From NCBI GenBank assembly GCA_041690135.1, contig JAWLHY010000008.1:288001-352000 (forward strand): a stretch of 64,000 bases of DNA. Direction: 5' to 3'. The notes under the pieces are model-generated. The model made no database searches. It was not told the DNA's origin and was given only the letters and a program-made list of their open reading frames with translations. Shown here one piece after another: positions 62,238 to 64,000 of this stretch. The position numbers and the translations under genes are program-made. Source of the stretch: Armatimonadota bacterium. GTDB taxonomy: Bacteria > Armatimonadota > SYMT01. How positions within the stretch are numbered: the stretch's first letter is position 1; each line of letters begins with the position of its first letter.

Positions 62238-62492
62238 GGGGACCAGGGTGAGCGTGTCGTTCTCGGACAGCGGCGTCTGCAACTGGGCCAAGGTGCGGAT
62301 GTCCGCCTCATTCACGTAGGCATTCACGTAGCTGCGCAGGGTGCCGTCCGGGCGGAGGAGGTGTCGCCCCAACTCGGGATAGCGCTGCCGCAGGGCCGTC
62401 AGTACGTCCTGCACCACGGCGCCCGGGAGGTTAAGCTCCTGGCGACCGTCCGCATAACAGGCCAGGGCGGGGGGAATCTCAACGTGGGTCAT
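62220..62492 (-). CDS. MoaD/ThiS-family sulfur carrier (CysO-like)
   Basis: C-terminal PSIAGG; YVNAYVNEADIR. Confidence 0.9.
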   Translation of the reverse strand: MTHVEIPPALACYADGRQELNLPGAVVQDVLTALRQRYPELGRHLLRPDGTLRSYVNAYVNEADIRTLAQLQTPLSENDTLTLVPSIAGG

Positions 62493-62517
62493 TCTTCACC
62501 GATACTTCCGATGCGCA

Positions 62518-62560
62518 CGAACGGGGCCATCGTGAACGGGGCCAACGCGAACGGGGCCAT
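62518..62560. repeat. Three tandem 15-bp repeats (GAACGGGGCCA core)
   Basis: cgaacggggccatcg tgaacggggccaacg cgaacggggccat. Confidence 0.8.
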
Positions 62561-62617
62561 GAGGTAGACGGGAAACCGATCCCTGGTTGTTGCATCCAGG
62601 AATTGGATGGCACGGGA

Positions 62618-63121
62618 TTAGTCGTCGCTGATCTCGACTTCCTCCTCCAGGAACTCGCCGGTCTCCTCGTCCTTTTCCCAACTGCGGCACTCGACAACCT
62701 CGGCGTCCCGAACCGAAGCGATGATGTAGGACCACCCCGGCATGGCCGCATCGCGATCGAACCCGGAGGGCACGGCCGGATGATTGGGATGGGTGTGGTA
62801 CACGCCCAGCAGGTCCATCCCCGCCGCGCGAGCGCGTTTCATACCGTCACGTGTATCTTCCCCCGAGACGAAAAAGCGGCGCTCCGCGGAGAATGCCTCC
62901 CACTCCTCTGCCGACTTCTCGCCGCTGGCGGACTCAATCCCTCCCAGCATCGCGGCGCGTGCTTCCGGGTCGTCTTCCCAGGCGTTGCGCACGGGCCAGG
63001 CCTCGTGGACACAGCGTTCGTCGTTCACCAGGCGCCCCACCAGAAACCCGCAGATCTCGAGCGGGTAGCCCTCTTCCGCGTGGGCGCGGATCGTATCGAG
63101 GGCAGCTTGGGTGATCTTCAT
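62618..63121 (-). CDS. JAB/M67 metallopeptidase (Mec+-like)
   Basis: YPLEICG, YHTHPNHPAVPSGFD (JAMM motif); ATGA overlap with the cysteine synthase stop. Confidence 0.9.
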   Translation of the reverse strand: MKITQAALDTIRAHAEEGYPLEICGFLVGRLVNDERCVHEAWPVRNAWEDDPEARAAMLGGIESASGEKSAEEWEAFSAERRFFVSGEDTRDGMKRARAAGMDLLGVYHTHPNHPAVPSGFDRDAAMPGWSYIIASVRDAEVVECRSWEKDEETGEFLEEEVEISDD

Positions 63122-64000
63122 CCCATTTCGTCCCAGAAACGCTCGCTGAGGTACTTGTCCCCGCTGTCGGGGAAGAGGGTAACGATGACGGCATCCTTCA
63201 CCTGCTGGGCCTGCAGTTCGCGTGCGACCTGCATGGCGCAGGCCATCGCCGCCCCGGCCGAAACACCCACCAGGAGGCCTTCTTCTCGCGCCAGCCGTTG
63301 CACGTAGGTGTAAGCGTCTTCCGTGGAGATGGCGCGGTCTTCGTCCGCTAATTCCGGAGAGTAGATCGGCGGCACAATGGCACTGGCCATGTGCTTCATG
63401 CCTTCGAGACCGTGAAAAGGGGAGTCGGGCTGGAACGAGATGCAGCGGATCCGCGGGTTGAACTGCTTGAGCCGGCGACTGGTGCCCATGAACGTGCCGC
63501 TGGTTCCCAGGCCGGAGATCCAGTGAGTGACCCGCCCTTCCGTCTGTTCCCAGATCTCGACCCCTGTTCCGAGGAAATGGGCCTTCCAGTTGTTGTCGTT
63601 GCTGTACTGGTCGCTGTAGAAGTAGCGGTCCGGGTCCTCGGCGTAGATTCGGCGCGCTTCCCGAATCGCGCCGTCCGAGCCCTCCAGGGGGCTGGTAAGC
63701 ACCAACTCCGCTCCGTAGGCTTTCAGGATCCGCTTCCGCTCGATGCTGGCATTGGACGGCATGCAGAGCTTGACCGGAAACCCGCGGGCCGCGCCGATCA
63801 TCGCGTAGGCAATTCCGGTATTGCCGGAAGTGGCGTCCAGTAGGGTCTTGCCGGGACCGAGCAGACCCTCCCGCTCGGCACTGAGTACCATATTGAGGGC
63901 GGGGCGGTCCTTCACCGAGCCACCAGGATTGAACCACTCCGCCTTGGCGTAGAGCTCAACGCCGGGAACCTCACGATTCAGGTTAGCCAGGTGGAGGAGG
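63118..64000 (-). CDS. PLP-dependent cysteine synthase (CysM-like); 5' end outside the window
   Basis: AKAEWFNPGGSVKDR, ATSGNTG, GTSGT, PDSGDKYLS. Confidence 0.93.
   Translation of the reverse strand, partial: LLHLANLNREVPGVELYAKAEWFNPGGSVKDRPALNMVLSAEREGLLGPGKTLLDATSGNTGIAYAMIGAARGFPVKLCMPSNASIERKRILKAYGAELVLTSPLEGSDGAIREARRIYAEDPDRYFYSDQYSNDNNWKAHFLGTGVEIWEQTEGRVTHWISGLGTSGTFMGTSRRLKQFNPRIRCISFQPDSPFHGLEGMKHMASAIVPPIYSPELADEDRAISTEDAYTYVQRLAREEGLLVGVSAGAAMACAMQVARELQAQQVKDAVIVTLFPDSGDKYLSERFWDEMG

Noticed and set aside
62518-62560. Possible CRISPR-like repeats
   Set aside because: 15-bp contiguous units with no spacers and no cas genes
62618-63937. 439-aa ORF suggesting a long JAB fusion
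   Set aside because: The N-terminal part is an off-frame overlap of the cysteine synthase; the true start is ATG 63121

Overview
High-GC bacterial chromosomal window. The gene content is consistent with Armatimonadota or a PVC-like lineage, but that is an inference only. The right half is mostly housekeeping: fba, mnmA, a ytxH-rsbV-rsbW-sigB-like operon, galTK, murQ-anmK, an ECF sigma/anti-sigma/RseB-like trio, groES-groEL, gatCAB, fabV, zwf and a cysM-mec-cysO sulfur-carrier cysteine cluster. The left half is rich in uncharacterised envelope genes: a 1523-aa protein with two CxxCH motifs plus QW and HEAT repeats, a planctomycete-type DUF1549/DUF1553-DUF1501-cytochrome/WD40-PPC operon interrupted by a decayed HNH cassette, and an NHL plus propeller-TPR gene pair sharing a terminal RFxxLE motif. 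Two complete tRNA-Asp transcription units lie in tandem. The most notable observations are a kinase-dead RsbW in the sigB operon with an intact orphan RsbW 16 kb away, a second perfect CIRCE controlling an FmdB/Ruc-like zinc-ribbon gene, candidate ECF and SigB regulons readable from promoter motifs, and two gene remnants (HNH C-terminus, Clp N-domain). No CRISPR array, integrase or IS element was seen. Family assignments come from motif recognition by eye, not from database searches.
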